Source of the DNA: an uncultured Lachnospiraceae bacterium
GTDB lineage: Bacteria > Bacillota > Clostridia > Lachnospirales > Lachnospiraceae
NCBI GenBank assembly: GCA_902782695.1
Contig: CACZOE010000139.1
Coordinates: forward strand, 1-43,329
Reading direction: 5' to 3'
DNA: 43,329 nucleotides
The first letter of the stretch is position 1, and each line of letters begins with the position of its first letter. The position numbers and the translations under genes were made by a program. Of this stretch, positions 18,865 through 28,774 are shown piece by piece. The notes beneath the pieces are model-generated. The model made no database searches, was not told the DNA's origin, and saw only the letters and a list, made by a program, of their open reading frames with translations.

Positions 18865-20337
18865 ATGAAAATGATTCTAAAGGCTATATTTGAAATGACT
18901 TCAGAATACTACGGTACGGCTACATTTCTCGTAATGGCTGTATTCGTGGGTGTTCTTCTGATGCTCATCGACATAAAAAAATACAGCCGTATGATACTTC
19001 CTGTTCTTCTGACTCTTTTTGTGGTTTTTAATCCTGTGTGTTACAAGATAGTCTTTAGTAAGATACGTTTCTGGAGACTTTTCTGGATGATCCCTATGGT
19101 TTACATAATTCTCCTTGGATTTATGGAACTGATTAAAAGATGTGACAGTGTATTTAAGAAAACGGGATGTCTGGCAGGACTTATTGTGCTTCTGATAATA
19201 GGTGGAGATAATGTGTTTGCAGGTAGTGGTCTGGGATATAGTGAAGATCCGTATCAGCTGCCTCATGGTGTATCACAGGCTTGTGAAACCATGCTGAGTG
19301 TAGATAAAACTCCAAGATGCGTGGTTGGAGGAGACCTTAGAACCTCCGTTCGTCTGTATTCAGGCAGTATTGAGCCTATGTATGGACGTGATGCGGAGAA
19401 CTATATAGATAAAGCTTCGGAGTATGATAAGAGAGTTTTTAAGGAGATGGAGAGTGAGTGTCCGGATTATGCCTACATCTTCTCAAATGCCAGAAGGCTT
19501 GGGTATAATTTTGTAGTTAATACTTCTGATAAGCCTGCTGATTATGAACTGGTGACTGAGTATGGCTACAAGCTTCTCGGTGATAAGGGAGGCTATAATG
19601 TTTACTATAATCCTGACATTCCAGATATGGATGACAGCAGACAGTCTGGATATATATGGAAATCTAATGGAACCGGATGGTACTGTCTTGATCCTGAAGG
19701 AAATCGTCTTAAGGACTGTGTGGAAGAGATAGATGGAGTCTGGTATTATTTTAACAGCAACGGATTTTTAATGGAGTCAGTAGACAGCGAATCTGCTGAA
19801 ACGCTAAAGGCTTCAGATATGATAGTGACTGCCTATGGTAAAAGTGGTCCAAAGTCAGAAGGAAGTACACCAAGATTTGTAACTGTAGATGATTGTCAGG
19901 GTAATCTGATTATAATAGATGGTGGTTCCAAGTCTCAGTATAAGGCCGTTCATGATGTGCTTAAAATGTACGGAAGAGATGTAACTGCCTGGATACTGAC
20001 AAATGATGATAAGAATACGTCAGGCGCTTTTAGCAGGATATATAAAAGCTTCGTAAAGGATACTGCAGAAGGAAAGTCTGGTGCACATCCTGTAAATATT
20101 CAGGAAGTATATACGGCCGACTCCTTTGAAAGCGAAGAGTTTAAAGAAATCACAGCGGAAGCTGAAAATATAAAACATATTTCTGCCGGGGATAAGTTTA
20201 AAACTGGTGGTGTCAGTATCGAAGTGGAAGAAGAGTCTGACGGAATGTTGACTCTGACTATATGTGGAGAGAAGGACAGCATACAGCTAAAAGAACTTGA
20301 TTTCTCAGAAAATGGAAGGTCATTTATTCTTCACTGA
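18865..20337 (+). CDS. Membrane protein with extracellular domain, cell-wall-binding repeat and degenerate metallo-beta-lactamase-like domain
   Basis: About 4 TM (FWRLFWMIP); repeat GWYCLD...IDGVWYYFNSNG; C-terminal IIIDGG...AWILTNDDKNTSG resembles an MBL fold lacking HxHxDH. Confidence 0.6.
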   Translation: MKMILKAIFEMTSEYYGTATFLVMAVFVGVLLMLIDIKKYSRMILPVLLTLFVVFNPVCYKIVFSKIRFWRLFWMIPMVYIILLGFMELIKRCDSVFKKTGCLAGLIVLLIIGGDNVFAGSGLGYSEDPYQLPHGVSQACETMLSVDKTPRCVVGGDLRTSVRLYSGSIEPMYGRDAENYIDKASEYDKRVFKEMESECPDYAYIFSNARRLGYNFVVNTSDKPADYELVTEYGYKLLGDKGGYNVYYNPDIPDMDDSRQSGYIWKSNGTGWYCLDPEGNRLKDCVEEIDGVWYYFNSNGFLMESVDSESAETLKASDMIVTAYGKSGPKSEGSTPRFVTVDDCQGNLIIIDGGSKSQYKAVHDVLKMYGRDVTAWILTNDDKNTSGAFSRIYKSFVKDTAEGKSGAHPVNIQEVYTADSFESEEFKEITAEAENIKHISAGDKFKTGGVSIEVEEESDGMLTLTICGEKDSIQLKELDFSENGRSFILH

Positions 20338-20347
20338 CTTACCAGAT

Positions 20348-20372
20348 GGTGTCAAAAGTTACTTTTGATACC
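20348..20372. repeat. 25-bp near-perfect palindrome / hairpin
   Basis: GGTGTCAAAAGT-T-ACTTTTGATACC: 12-bp arms, one G/T mismatch. Confidence 0.75.
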
Positions 20373-20438
20373 TGCATCATATGTATGTAAAGCTTCTTAA
20401 AAACTCTGGAAAAATATCAAGATAAAAAGAGATATCAG

Positions 20439-21704
20439 ATGGAAAATGAAGTAAGAAAAAATAAGAATATCTGGAAATTACTGATCATGCTAGCCTGCAC
20501 GGCTGTCATGCTTGGGACGTTTCTTGTTACAGTAAGATATGCCTGCATGATGCAGCATGTCTCTGCTTCTGATGGAACATTTTTCAGTGGTGGCAGCCTC
20601 TGGCTCAGCTTTCTGAAACTTATGGCAGGAATTCTTTCAATGGATATATTTACATTCTGTCACAAAGTATGGCCATGGCTGTTTGTCACTTTTATGCTTG
20701 TGGAGTATTTCTTTCTTGGACTCAGACTTTTTGTTGAGGATGGCATGAGCTTTTATTATTCTTATTCTCTTTCATGTATTTTTGTAAGCATATATATGAT
20801 CATTCTTCATGTGGGATATATATCAGAAGACTCTCTGGAAGCTATGGTTTATCTGAATTCCTGGAGTGCAACTGCGGTTTCCGGAATACTGCTGTTTCCA
20901 CTTCTGGTATTAGTACTGCTTTGGAAAAAGGATATAGGTTTTCGGATTCCATTCATTATCATGGTTACGTCTTTATACATGGGAATATCCGGAATGGAGA
21001 ACTGGAGGAACTTTATACTGAGAGGTATAACGATAAATTATATCGGCAGGGGATGGATTCTCATGCTGGCGGTAATCGGAGTTACCACCATGATCGTTAT
21101 GAAGAGAAGGCCTGCCAGATATTTGGTTATAGCAGCGCTCCTTTCTACTATTACATTTACCCCATACCCCCTTGGACTGATGGCGGCCTATGGAGTGACA
21201 GGGCTGATAGGAAGAGTTTATATAAAGAGTACTAAGGAAGGTACTAGAAAGTCCTATGTAACGGGGGCTCTTATAACTGCTGTATGCTATGGGATATTTG
21301 CTGCTACAGTTCTGGCGGCAGGATTTTTTTCAAATAGCAGAGTATCCTGGAATGTGGGATTTTCGGCAGTGGAAAATGACAGAAGGCTTCCTGAAGATCT
21401 GATGAAGCTTACAGACTATATAGTTTCTGATAGTGAAGAGATGCCCCATATCTGTGGTTCAGATATAACCGCATCAGCAGTGCTTCAGTATAGTGTTTTA
21501 AACAATCTTCATTTGAGGGATGTCAGAGGACTGTGGCATGAAGCACCACTGGGAGAACAGGAAATAAAAGAAAAAATAAATGAAATCGATAAAGAAATGT
21601 ATGTTATAATTAAAGGCAGTTCATCTGATGCTGATAAGCTTACAGCTTCAGGTGATCTACATCTGATTAAGAAGTTTGGAGACTACGGTCTTTATGGGAG
21701 GTAG
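20439..21704 (+). CDS. Polytopic membrane protein, divergent DUF6077-like
   Basis: Many TM segments; C-terminal soluble part (ENDRRLPEDL...FGDYGLY) resembles the mid-region of 18865..20337. Confidence 0.5.
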   Translation: MENEVRKNKNIWKLLIMLACTAVMLGTFLVTVRYACMMQHVSASDGTFFSGGSLWLSFLKLMAGILSMDIFTFCHKVWPWLFVTFMLVEYFFLGLRLFVEDGMSFYYSYSLSCIFVSIYMIILHVGYISEDSLEAMVYLNSWSATAVSGILLFPLLVLVLLWKKDIGFRIPFIIMVTSLYMGISGMENWRNFILRGITINYIGRGWILMLAVIGVTTMIVMKRRPARYLVIAALLSTITFTPYPLGLMAAYGVTGLIGRVYIKSTKEGTRKSYVTGALITAVCYGIFAATVLAAGFFSNSRVSWNVGFSAVENDRRLPEDLMKLTDYIVSDSEEMPHICGSDITASAVLQYSVLNNLHLRDVRGLWHEAPLGEQEIKEKINEIDKEMYVIIKGSSSDADKLTASGDLHLIKKFGDYGLYGR

Positions 21705-21706
21705 TA

Positions 21707-24217
21707 ATGTCAGAGAGTAACAAAGGATTTTACTTTGATGAGATAAGAGCATCCGCTGATCTGACAGAAAGAGTAGTAATACAGGGTTATGTTGCTGATG
21801 GATTTCTGGATAACAGTCGTCCCAGAGCAGCGCTTTTTCTGGGGAAGAGACCTGTCAAAGCTCTTCCGGTTACGCTGGAGGTAGTGAAGCTTCCGCCTCT
21901 TTATCTTCGACGCCGGGAAGGTCATACCATGTCTTACATGGGATTTTTCTTTGTGGATATATCCAAGGTGTCAAAAAGGCTGGCTTTAAATAAGCAGGTC
22001 AGGCTGGTGGTTATTACAGAAACTGCTGATAAAGAGAGGCGATATATATATAAAGGCTCATTTACAAATGTGTATGAAGCATCCCAGGGATATTCTTTTA
22101 AGATAAATGATGCATATTCCAAGGATGGAAAGACCTATATCGGTGGCTGGATGGGTGGTGATCCGACAACTGTCATCAAGATAGAAGGACTTGACCGAAA
22201 GGGTGGTGCTTCTTCAGTGGGGGTTGATGGTTCTGCCAGAGTTGGAACGAAAGAGTATACAGAACCACTGGAATATCAGCTGGAGATGATACCTCACAGT
22301 GAGATAGCTGTGCAGTTTCCAGAAATAGAAGATAGAGATAATCTGGGCTTTGTGGCCTCTGTGGATGGGGAGTATAAGAAACTCCGTGTAACCATGTCTT
22401 TGGGGGATAAATCCACCTCGAGTGTTATCACGACAGGAAAGAGTAATTTTGATCTGGATTCCTCTAATAATCTGGTAAGGTATTCCGGCAAGGTGGCAAG
22501 GAATCTAAAGAATTATGGCGTGAAGGAAACTGCCAACAAGATAATGCTCCACATGTATCTGCCGGTGCTTACATTAAACAGAAAATACAACAAATGGATA
22601 CAGCAAAGAAATTTCGATAAAAAAGAGATAGCTCATCAAAAGGCGGCTCAGGAGAAATTTAAATATAGACCACTCCTCAGTCTTCTGGTGCCTCTATATG
22701 AGACAGATGAAACATTTCTAAAGGAACTGATCGATTCAGTTAAGAGTCAGACCTATGATAACTGGGAGATATGTTTTTCTGATGGCAGTGAAAATCCGGA
22801 GAGACTCACACAGATAATAGGAGAGTATTCTAAAGCGGATCCCCGTATCAGGTATGTTGCCGAAAAGAAAGGCCCCCTTGGAATTTCTGAAAATACTAAC
22901 CAGGCATTCTCCATCGCAAAAGGTGAGTTTATCATTCTGGGTGATCATGATGACCTGCTCTACCCCGAAGCTTTCTACCATGTGGTAAGAGCTATGAATA
23001 AAGAAGGCGGAGCAGAGATAGATGTTGTATATACAGATGAAGACAAGACCAATCTGGTGGCTGGAAGAAGATTTGAACCAGCTATCAAACCGGATTATAA
23101 TCAGCTGTTTCTCGAGAGCTGCAATTATATAACTCATATGTTTGTGGTACGAAAGAGTATAGTTGATGAGGTAAAGGGTTTTGATGAAGCCTGTGACGGA
23201 GCTCAGGATTATGATTTCATCCTGAGGTGTACTGAAAAGGCAAGAAAGGTGCATCATGTAAACAGAGTGCTCTATAGCTGGAGAATAAGCAGTGCATCTA
23301 CAGCAGGTAATCCGAAGGCAAAGATGTATGCTTATGATTCTGGAGTGAAGGCACTCCAGTCACATTATGACAGAGTAGGAATAGATGCTACAGCAGAAAT
23401 AGGAGATCATCTGGGTTATTATCATACCACCTACAGCATAAAGGGAAATCCGGTTTTATATGCCGTTATAATAAATGCTGATTCTGATGACAAATATAAT
23501 GCCACGGTTCAGTCCATAAAGAGTAAATCCGATTTTAAAGAGATAGAATTTATCCGTGTCCGTAAGTCTGATGGTCAGACCTATGCTGATCAGCTGAACA
23601 GAGGTATAGATGAGGCCGGTCTGATGGCAGATTCTGAAGAAAGAGAACGCTCTGATTTCTATGTGGTATTCATCGAAGCAGGTGTTACCATGATGGGAGA
23701 GGATGATCTGTCAGGAATGCTGGGACTTCTTTCTTCCAGAAAGGATGTATCAGTTGTTGGCGGAAAGGTATACTGTGCAAATGGTACTGTGGCACATGCC
23801 GGAGTCATACTGGATACGGACAGAGTATATGGTTACGAATTCATGGGTCAGAGCATATCCAAGGATATGTATTTTAACCATAGTGAGTATTCGGCTCTGA
23901 GGCGTGGTGTTACACTTTTCAGAATGAGTGAGCTAAATGAATTCGGGGACTTCAGCAGAGAGTATAAAGGCGGGAATGCCATGATAGAGTACACCCTCCG
24001 GATGTCTGCTGCGGGACGTAAATGTATCTATAGTGCTAATTCAAATTTCCATATAAATATTTCAAAAGGAATAGATGCTTCTGCTATATTTGATAAGGAT
24101 GATGGGACAGAGGATGAGAAAATATTCCGGGAAAGAAATGCTGAAATACTGAAGGATGGAGATCTGTATTATAAAACAGATCCCTTGATGATATCTAAAA
24201 ACAGGAAAGAAAGGTAG
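21707..24217 (+). CDS. Large GT2 glycosyltransferase (rhamnosyltransferase-like) with N-terminal accessory domain and degenerate second GT domain
   Basis: [44 protein letters not shown]; second module VGGKVY...HAGVI. Confidence 0.85.
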   Translation: MSESNKGFYFDEIRASADLTERVVIQGYVADGFLDNSRPRAALFLGKRPVKALPVTLEVVKLPPLYLRRREGHTMSYMGFFFVDISKVSKRLALNKQVRLVVITETADKERRYIYKGSFTNVYEASQGYSFKINDAYSKDGKTYIGGWMGGDPTTVIKIEGLDRKGGASSVGVDGSARVGTKEYTEPLEYQLEMIPHSEIAVQFPEIEDRDNLGFVASVDGEYKKLRVTMSLGDKSTSSVITTGKSNFDLDSSNNLVRYSGKVARNLKNYGVKETANKIMLHMYLPVLTLNRKYNKWIQQRNFDKKEIAHQKAAQEKFKYRPLLSLLVPLYETDETFLKELIDSVKSQTYDNWEICFSDGSENPERLTQIIGEYSKADPRIRYVAEKKGPLGISENTNQAFSIAKGEFIILGDHDDLLYPEAFYHVVRAMNKEGGAEIDVVYTDEDKTNLVAGRRFEPAIKPDYNQLFLESCNYITHMFVVRKSIVDEVKGFDEACDGAQDYDFILRCTEKARKVHHVNRVLYSWRISSASTAGNPKAKMYAYDSGVKALQSHYDRVGIDATAEIGDHLGYYHTTYSIKGNPVLYAVIINADSDDKYNATVQSIKSKSDFKEIEFIRVRKSDGQTYADQLNRGIDEAGLMADSEERERSDFYVVFIEAGVTMMGEDDLSGMLGLLSSRKDVSVVGGKVYCANGTVAHAGVILDTDRVYGYEFMGQSISKDMYFNHSEYSALRRGVTLFRMSELNEFGDFSREYKGGNAMIEYTLRMSAAGRKCIYSANSNFHINISKGIDASAIFDKDDGTEDEKIFRERNAEILKDGDLYYKTDPLMISKNRKER

Positions 24218-24225
24218 GAGTAAAT

Positions 24226-25095
24226 ATGAAGGGAATTATACTTGCAGGAGGTTCAGGAACAAGACTGTATCCATTAACAAAGGCTGTATCAAAGCAGATA
24301 ATGCCTGTGTATGACAAACCGATGATCTATTATCCACTGTCAACACTTATGCTGGCTGGAATCAGAGAGGTGCTGATCATTTCAACACCGAGAGATCTTC
24401 CGGTATTTGAGGAGCTTTTTGGAACAGGCGAGCAGCTGGGAATGAAATTTTCCTATGCAATCCAGGAGGTTCCAAGAGGACTGGCAGATGCATTTATCAT
24501 TGGAGAAGAGTTTATCGGAGATGATAATGTAGCTCTTGTTCTTGGAGATAATATATTCTATGGTCAGAGCTTTTCAAAGGTGCTTAAGAGTGCAGCAGAA
24601 AGAAAGACCGGCGCAACTATTTTCGGATACTATGTTAAGGATCCAAGAGAATACGGAGTAGTTGAATTTGATGAGGATGGCAAGGCACTTTCAATTGAGG
24701 AAAAGCCTGAGAATCCAAAGTCAAACTATGCAGTTCCGGGACTTTATTTCTATGATAACGATGTTATTGAGATAGCAAAAAATGTAAAGCCTTCTGCAAG
24801 AGGCGAGATAGAGATAACCTCTGTAAATAATGAATACCTGAAAAGAGGTACTTTGATGGTTGAAACTCTTGGACGTGGTTTTGCATGGCTTGATACCGGA
24901 AACCATGACATGCTTCTCGATGCTGCTGATTTTGTGGCTGCATTCCAGAAGAGACAGGGCATGTATATATCATGTATAGAGGAAATTGCTTTCAGAAAGG
25001 GCTTCATTGATAAGGAGCAGCTTCTGAAACTGGCTGAACCTCTGCTAAAAACTCATTATGGCCAGTATCTTATAGATGTGGCTAATGGTCTGTAG
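24226..25095 (+). CDS. rmlA: Glucose-1-phosphate thymidylyltransferase
   Basis: [48 protein letters not shown]. Confidence 0.97.
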   Translation: MKGIILAGGSGTRLYPLTKAVSKQIMPVYDKPMIYYPLSTLMLAGIREVLIISTPRDLPVFEELFGTGEQLGMKFSYAIQEVPRGLADAFIIGEEFIGDDNVALVLGDNIFYGQSFSKVLKSAAERKTGATIFGYYVKDPREYGVVEFDEDGKALSIEEKPENPKSNYAVPGLYFYDNDVIEIAKNVKPSARGEIEITSVNNEYLKRGTLMVETLGRGFAWLDTGNHDMLLDAADFVAAFQKRQGMYISCIEEIAFRKGFIDKEQLLKLAEPLLKTHYGQYLIDVANGL

Positions 25096-25155
25096 AAGTA
25101 AATTCAGTGAAAAAAATGTGAAATTATTATATAGTTTTAATAATCTTAATAAAAA

Positions 25156-25172
25156 TGTAATAATTTTGTAAC
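25156..25172 (+). promoter_or_regulatory. WalR-type binding box upstream of the autolysin promoter
   Basis: TGTAAT-AATTT-TGTAAC is an exact match to TGTWAH-N5-TGTWAH, 7 nt upstream of the -35. Confidence 0.65.
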
Positions 25173-25179
25173 AAATGGG

Positions 25180-25208
25180 TTGACATAATTGTGTCAACCC
25201 TTTATAAT
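25180..25208 (+). promoter_or_regulatory. Consensus sigma-A promoter of the autolysin gene, overlapped by a 24-bp palindrome (25177-25200)
   Basis: TTGACA (25180-25185), 17-nt spacer, TATAAT (25203-25208). Confidence 0.85.
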
Positions 25209-25265
25209 GTGCGTGATAAGGTTGCTATAATTCTATAAAAATATTTTTATCAATAAAGGGGTTCT

Positions 25266-28200
25266 ATGAATATCTTTAAATCAAATAAAAGAATAATATC
25301 TATGCTCTTATGTCTGACCATGGGAATGTCAGTCCTTGTGCCTGCTAAAACAGGCAGTGTTTATGCTGCTGAAGGAGACGCTCTATATGCTACAGAGGGA
25401 GATGCTTCTGAATATATAGAAGAAAGTGACACTCAGGAGATGACGGAAGCTGGCACTCAGGAAGTGATTGAGACTGATACGGAAGAGGTAGTAGAAAATA
25501 GTGATGCAGAAGACTACGTTTCAGCTGCTGAGTGTGTTTCTGATGAAGAAAACTCAGAAGAAAGCACTGCCTCAGAAGACTCTGATGCTCCAGAGAAGGA
25601 TACAGTAGCTGATAATGAGGCAGGTCTGGTTCAGTCTGAACTGGATATAAATTTTGCAGTAATTGAAGAGGCAGAATTCAAAACTCCTGCAATGGATAAA
25701 TATATAGTAGTGGATATGGGAGACGAAAGTACAAAAATAGATGATGCTACGCTCGTTATCCTTAATGAAACTACTGGTGATGAATATGAGATAAAAGCTG
25801 ATAAGATTCAGGATAGCAGCATGGTTTTCTATGCAAGCTTCCCAAACAGCAGCTTTGCAGGAAAATATGTTATCAAGAAGATTGTCTATATTTCTGAAAA
25901 TACTGAGTATGTAAAGTATTGTTCTGACAGTGACATGCTTCCACGTTTCGGAGTTAATAAAAAGATAGACGGAGAGCCTGATGCATGGTTTGTAGATGAA
26001 GAAACTGACAGCGCTTCTAATTCTTCGGTGTCTGACATGGCTGAAGAATCAAAGGAAATAATTGATCTTTCTGAAGGATTTGATAATGCTGATGCAATAG
26101 GTGTCAACGGTTCAAACAGTGATATATCCATCACAAATGAAAGCTCAAAGAATGAGACTCAGGATGTTGAAATTGTAAATATAGAAGAATCTGCCAAGGA
26201 ACTGGCTGAAAAGATAGAGACTGCAGCAAGAAAGAAGCAGCAGGGCTCTATGACAAGTACCTCTGGAAATATAATAATCGTACTTGACCCGGGACATGGT
26301 GCAAATGATCCTGGAGCTGTAAGAACCTGGGATAACATCTATTACTGTGAAAGAGATATAAATCAGAAGATAGCAAATGCCTGCAAGGCTGAGCTTTCTA
26401 AAAATACAGAAATTACTGTTTACATGACACGTAACAGTACTTCAGATCCTTTCCATGGTGCAACAAGCCAGGATCTGCAATGGCGTTGTAAATATGCTTA
26501 TGAAATGCATGCGGACCTTTTCGTCAGTCTTCACTGTAATTCCGGTGGACCTCAGGTAAATGGTGCAGAGGTTTATGTACCAAATAAGAGTTTAAATGAA
26601 AGTAATTATAATGTGGGACAGGCAGTTGGTGGAGCTATTCTTGCTAAACTTGTTGAGCTTGGTATTGCCAACAGAGGTCTTATTGTCAAGAATTCAGCTA
26701 GTGGCGCCAAGTATTCTGACGGTTCCATCGCAGATTACTATGCTGTTATCAAGGGCTGCAAGCAGTACGGAATCCCTGGAATGATCGTTGAACATGATTA
26801 CATTTCAAATGAAGAAGACTGCAAGAAGTTCTTTGGTAGTGACGAAGCTATCGCTGCACTGGGTGTGGCTGATGCACAGGGAATCCTTTCCTGTTTAGAT
26901 ACATTAAAACTTAACAGAACCGGTGGAGCTGCTGATGCAGTTGAGGGAACCTGGGATGTGGTAAATGGTTATAAGGTTTACCGTGATGCCAACGGCAATC
27001 TGGTTACAGGATTCTTCTCTGTTGAAGATCAGACCTATTACGGAGATGCTAACGGATATGTAGTAACTGGCTATCAGGCTATTAACGGTAAGAGTTACTA
27101 TTTTGGCGACGATGGAGTTATGCTGACAAATGTATGGAGAACAGTTAAATCTGTTAAGTATTACTTCACTGAAACCGGTGTAATGGCTAAGAGTAAATGG
27201 GTTAGCATAGACGGAAAGATATATTACTTCAAGTCCAATGGTAAGAGATATAAAAAGGGCTGGAGAACCATCGGCAGAAAGACCTATTACTTCATAAAGG
27301 GTGGTTCTGTAGAAACTAATAAATGGAAGAAGAAGGGTACAGCCAAGAAGTACCTCACAAGTGACGGTCATGTAGCTACGGGCTGGACTCAGATAAAGAA
27401 CTCAATCTACTACTTCAATAAGTACGGCAATATGCAGTATGGCTGGGTTAAAGGTGGTGGAAAGAAGTATTATCTGAACTGGAAGAATGGTAAGGCCTTC
27501 AAGGGATGGCATACTATCTGGGGTAAGAAGTACTACTTCTCAAAGGAAGATGCATCACTTCAGACCGGATTTACCAAGGTTGGAAAGAAGACTTATTATC
27601 TCTTTGGTTCCGGTGGTTATCAGACCGGCTGGAAGAAGATGAAAGGCAAGATATACTTCTTCAACAACAAGGGTGTAATGCAGACCGGCTGGACAACCTA
27701 TGGCGGACATAAGGCTTATCTTATGGATGAGACCGGTGAACTTGCTAAGAAAACATTTGTCGTAGTTGGTAAGGGCAACTATAAGGGAAGCACCTTCTAC
27801 TTTGACAAGAAATATAAATATGTAACTGGCTTCAGATCTATCAAAAAAGAGAAGTATTACTTCGATGAAGATGGAGTTATGAAGCAGTCTGACTGGATAA
27901 CAGATGATAATGGTGTTACCTATTATGCAAGGGATAATGGTATGTTCTCACATGACAGATTTGAGACCATTGGAGAGCATAAGTATTACTTCAATTCCAG
28001 CGGACAGTTTGTAACAGGAACTCAGGTTATAGCATATAACGGCACACCATATACTTATGAATTTGATGCGTCAGGCCATCTCGTATCAGGAGATGGACCA
28101 GCCACAAACTATGAGGATGATGTGGCAGCAGGAACAGTTAATAATTCTGATACTGATGAAACAGGAATGTATCTGATCATGGGTACTTCATCTGTAACTG

Positions 28201-28694
28201 TTGAGCAGATGGTTAACAGATATGTTGCATCAGGAAAAACCTATCCTGCTACAGACCTGACACCTGGTGGGGCAGATTCTATCACAACCTTCTGTACTAT
28301 ACTTAAGGAAGAGGCTGATGCAGAGGGTGTTAAGGCTGAAGTGCTGTATTCACAGGTAATGAACGAGACCGGCTGGCTCCAGTTCGGTGGAGATGTAAAG
28401 ATAGGTCAGTTCAATTTCGGTGGAATCGGTGCTACCGGCGGCGGAAATCCTGGTCTCTCATTTGCAGATGTACGTACCGGACTCAGAGTTCAGACACAGC
28501 ATCTGAAGGCTTACGCAAGTACTGCAGCTCTGAACAATCCTTGTATAGATGACAGATTCAAGTATGTAACAAGAGGAAGTGCACCATATGTTGAATACCT
28601 TGGAATAAAAGAGAATCCTTCAGGAAAAGGATGGGCATCCAAGGAAAGATATGGTTATATCCTGCTTGATATAATTAAATCTCTGAAACAGTAA
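25266..28694 (+). CDS. Multidomain autolysin: acidic N-terminal region, N-acetylmuramoyl-L-alanine amidase (Amidase_3), cell-wall-binding repeats, C-terminal glucosaminidase (GH73-like)
   Basis: Signal peptide; LDPGHG, ERDIN, SLHCN, IVEHDYISN zinc-amidase motifs; many GW..I.GK.YYF repeats (about 26950-28080); QVMNETGWL and QFNFGGIGA at the C-terminus. Confidence 0.9.
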   Translation: MNIFKSNKRIISMLLCLTMGMSVLVPAKTGSVYAAEGDALYATEGDASEYIEESDTQEMTEAGTQEVIETDTEEVVENSDAEDYVSAAECVSDEENSEESTASEDSDAPEKDTVADNEAGLVQSELDINFAVIEEAEFKTPAMDKYIVVDMGDESTKIDDATLVILNETTGDEYEIKADKIQDSSMVFYASFPNSSFAGKYVIKKIVYISENTEYVKYCSDSDMLPRFGVNKKIDGEPDAWFVDEETDSASNSSVSDMAEESKEIIDLSEGFDNADAIGVNGSNSDISITNESSKNETQDVEIVNIEESAKELAEKIETAARKKQQGSMTSTSGNIIIVLDPGHGANDPGAVRTWDNIYYCERDINQKIANACKAELSKNTEITVYMTRNSTSDPFHGATSQDLQWRCKYAYEMHADLFVSLHCNSGGPQVNGAEVYVPNKSLNESNYNVGQAVGGAILAKLVELGIANRGLIVKNSASGAKYSDGSIADYYAVIKGCKQYGIPGMIVEHDYISNEEDCKKFFGSDEAIAALGVADAQGILSCLDTLKLNRTGGAADAVEGTWDVVNGYKVYRDANGNLVTGFFSVEDQTYYGDANGYVVTGYQAINGKSYYFGDDGVMLTNVWRTVKSVKYYFTETGVMAKSKWVSIDGKIYYFKSNGKRYKKGWRTIGRKTYYFIKGGSVETNKWKKKGTAKKYLTSDGHVATGWTQIKNSIYYFNKYGNMQYGWVKGGGKKYYLNWKNGKAFKGWHTIWGKKYYFSKEDASLQTGFTKVGKKTYYLFGSGGYQTGWKKMKGKIYFFNNKGVMQTGWTTYGGHKAYLMDETGELAKKTFVVVGKGNYKGSTFYFDKKYKYVTGFRSIKKEKYYFDEDGVMKQSDWITDDNGVTYYARDNGMFSHDRFETIGEHKYYFNSSGQFVTGTQVIAYNGTPYTYEFDASGHLVSGDGPATNYEDDVAAGTVNNSDTDETGMYLIMGTSSVTVEQMVNRYVASGKTYPATDLTPGGADSITTFCTILKEEADAEGVKAEVLYSQVMNETGWLQFGGDVKIGQFNFGGIGATGGGNPGLSFADVRTGLRVQTQHLKAYASTAALNNPCIDDRFKYVTRGSAPYVEYLGIKENPSGKGWASKERYGYILLDIIKSLKQ

Positions 28695-28724
28695 AAAATG
28701 TACAGAAACAGCAGAAAATTGTAC

Positions 28725-28753
28725 TTGCATTTATTGAAGTAAGAGTTTAGAAT
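28725..28753 (+). promoter_or_regulatory. Sigma-A promoter of the T-box leader / aspS-gatCAB operon
   Basis: TTGCAT (28725-28730), 17-nt spacer, TAGAAT (28748-28753). Confidence 0.75.
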
Positions 28754-28774
28754 ACTTCATACGAGAATACATTT

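Noticed and set aside
26950-28080. Nucleotide-level repetitiveness (e.g. recurring cagaccggctgg, tattacttc)
   Set aside because: Explained by protein cell-wall-binding repeats.
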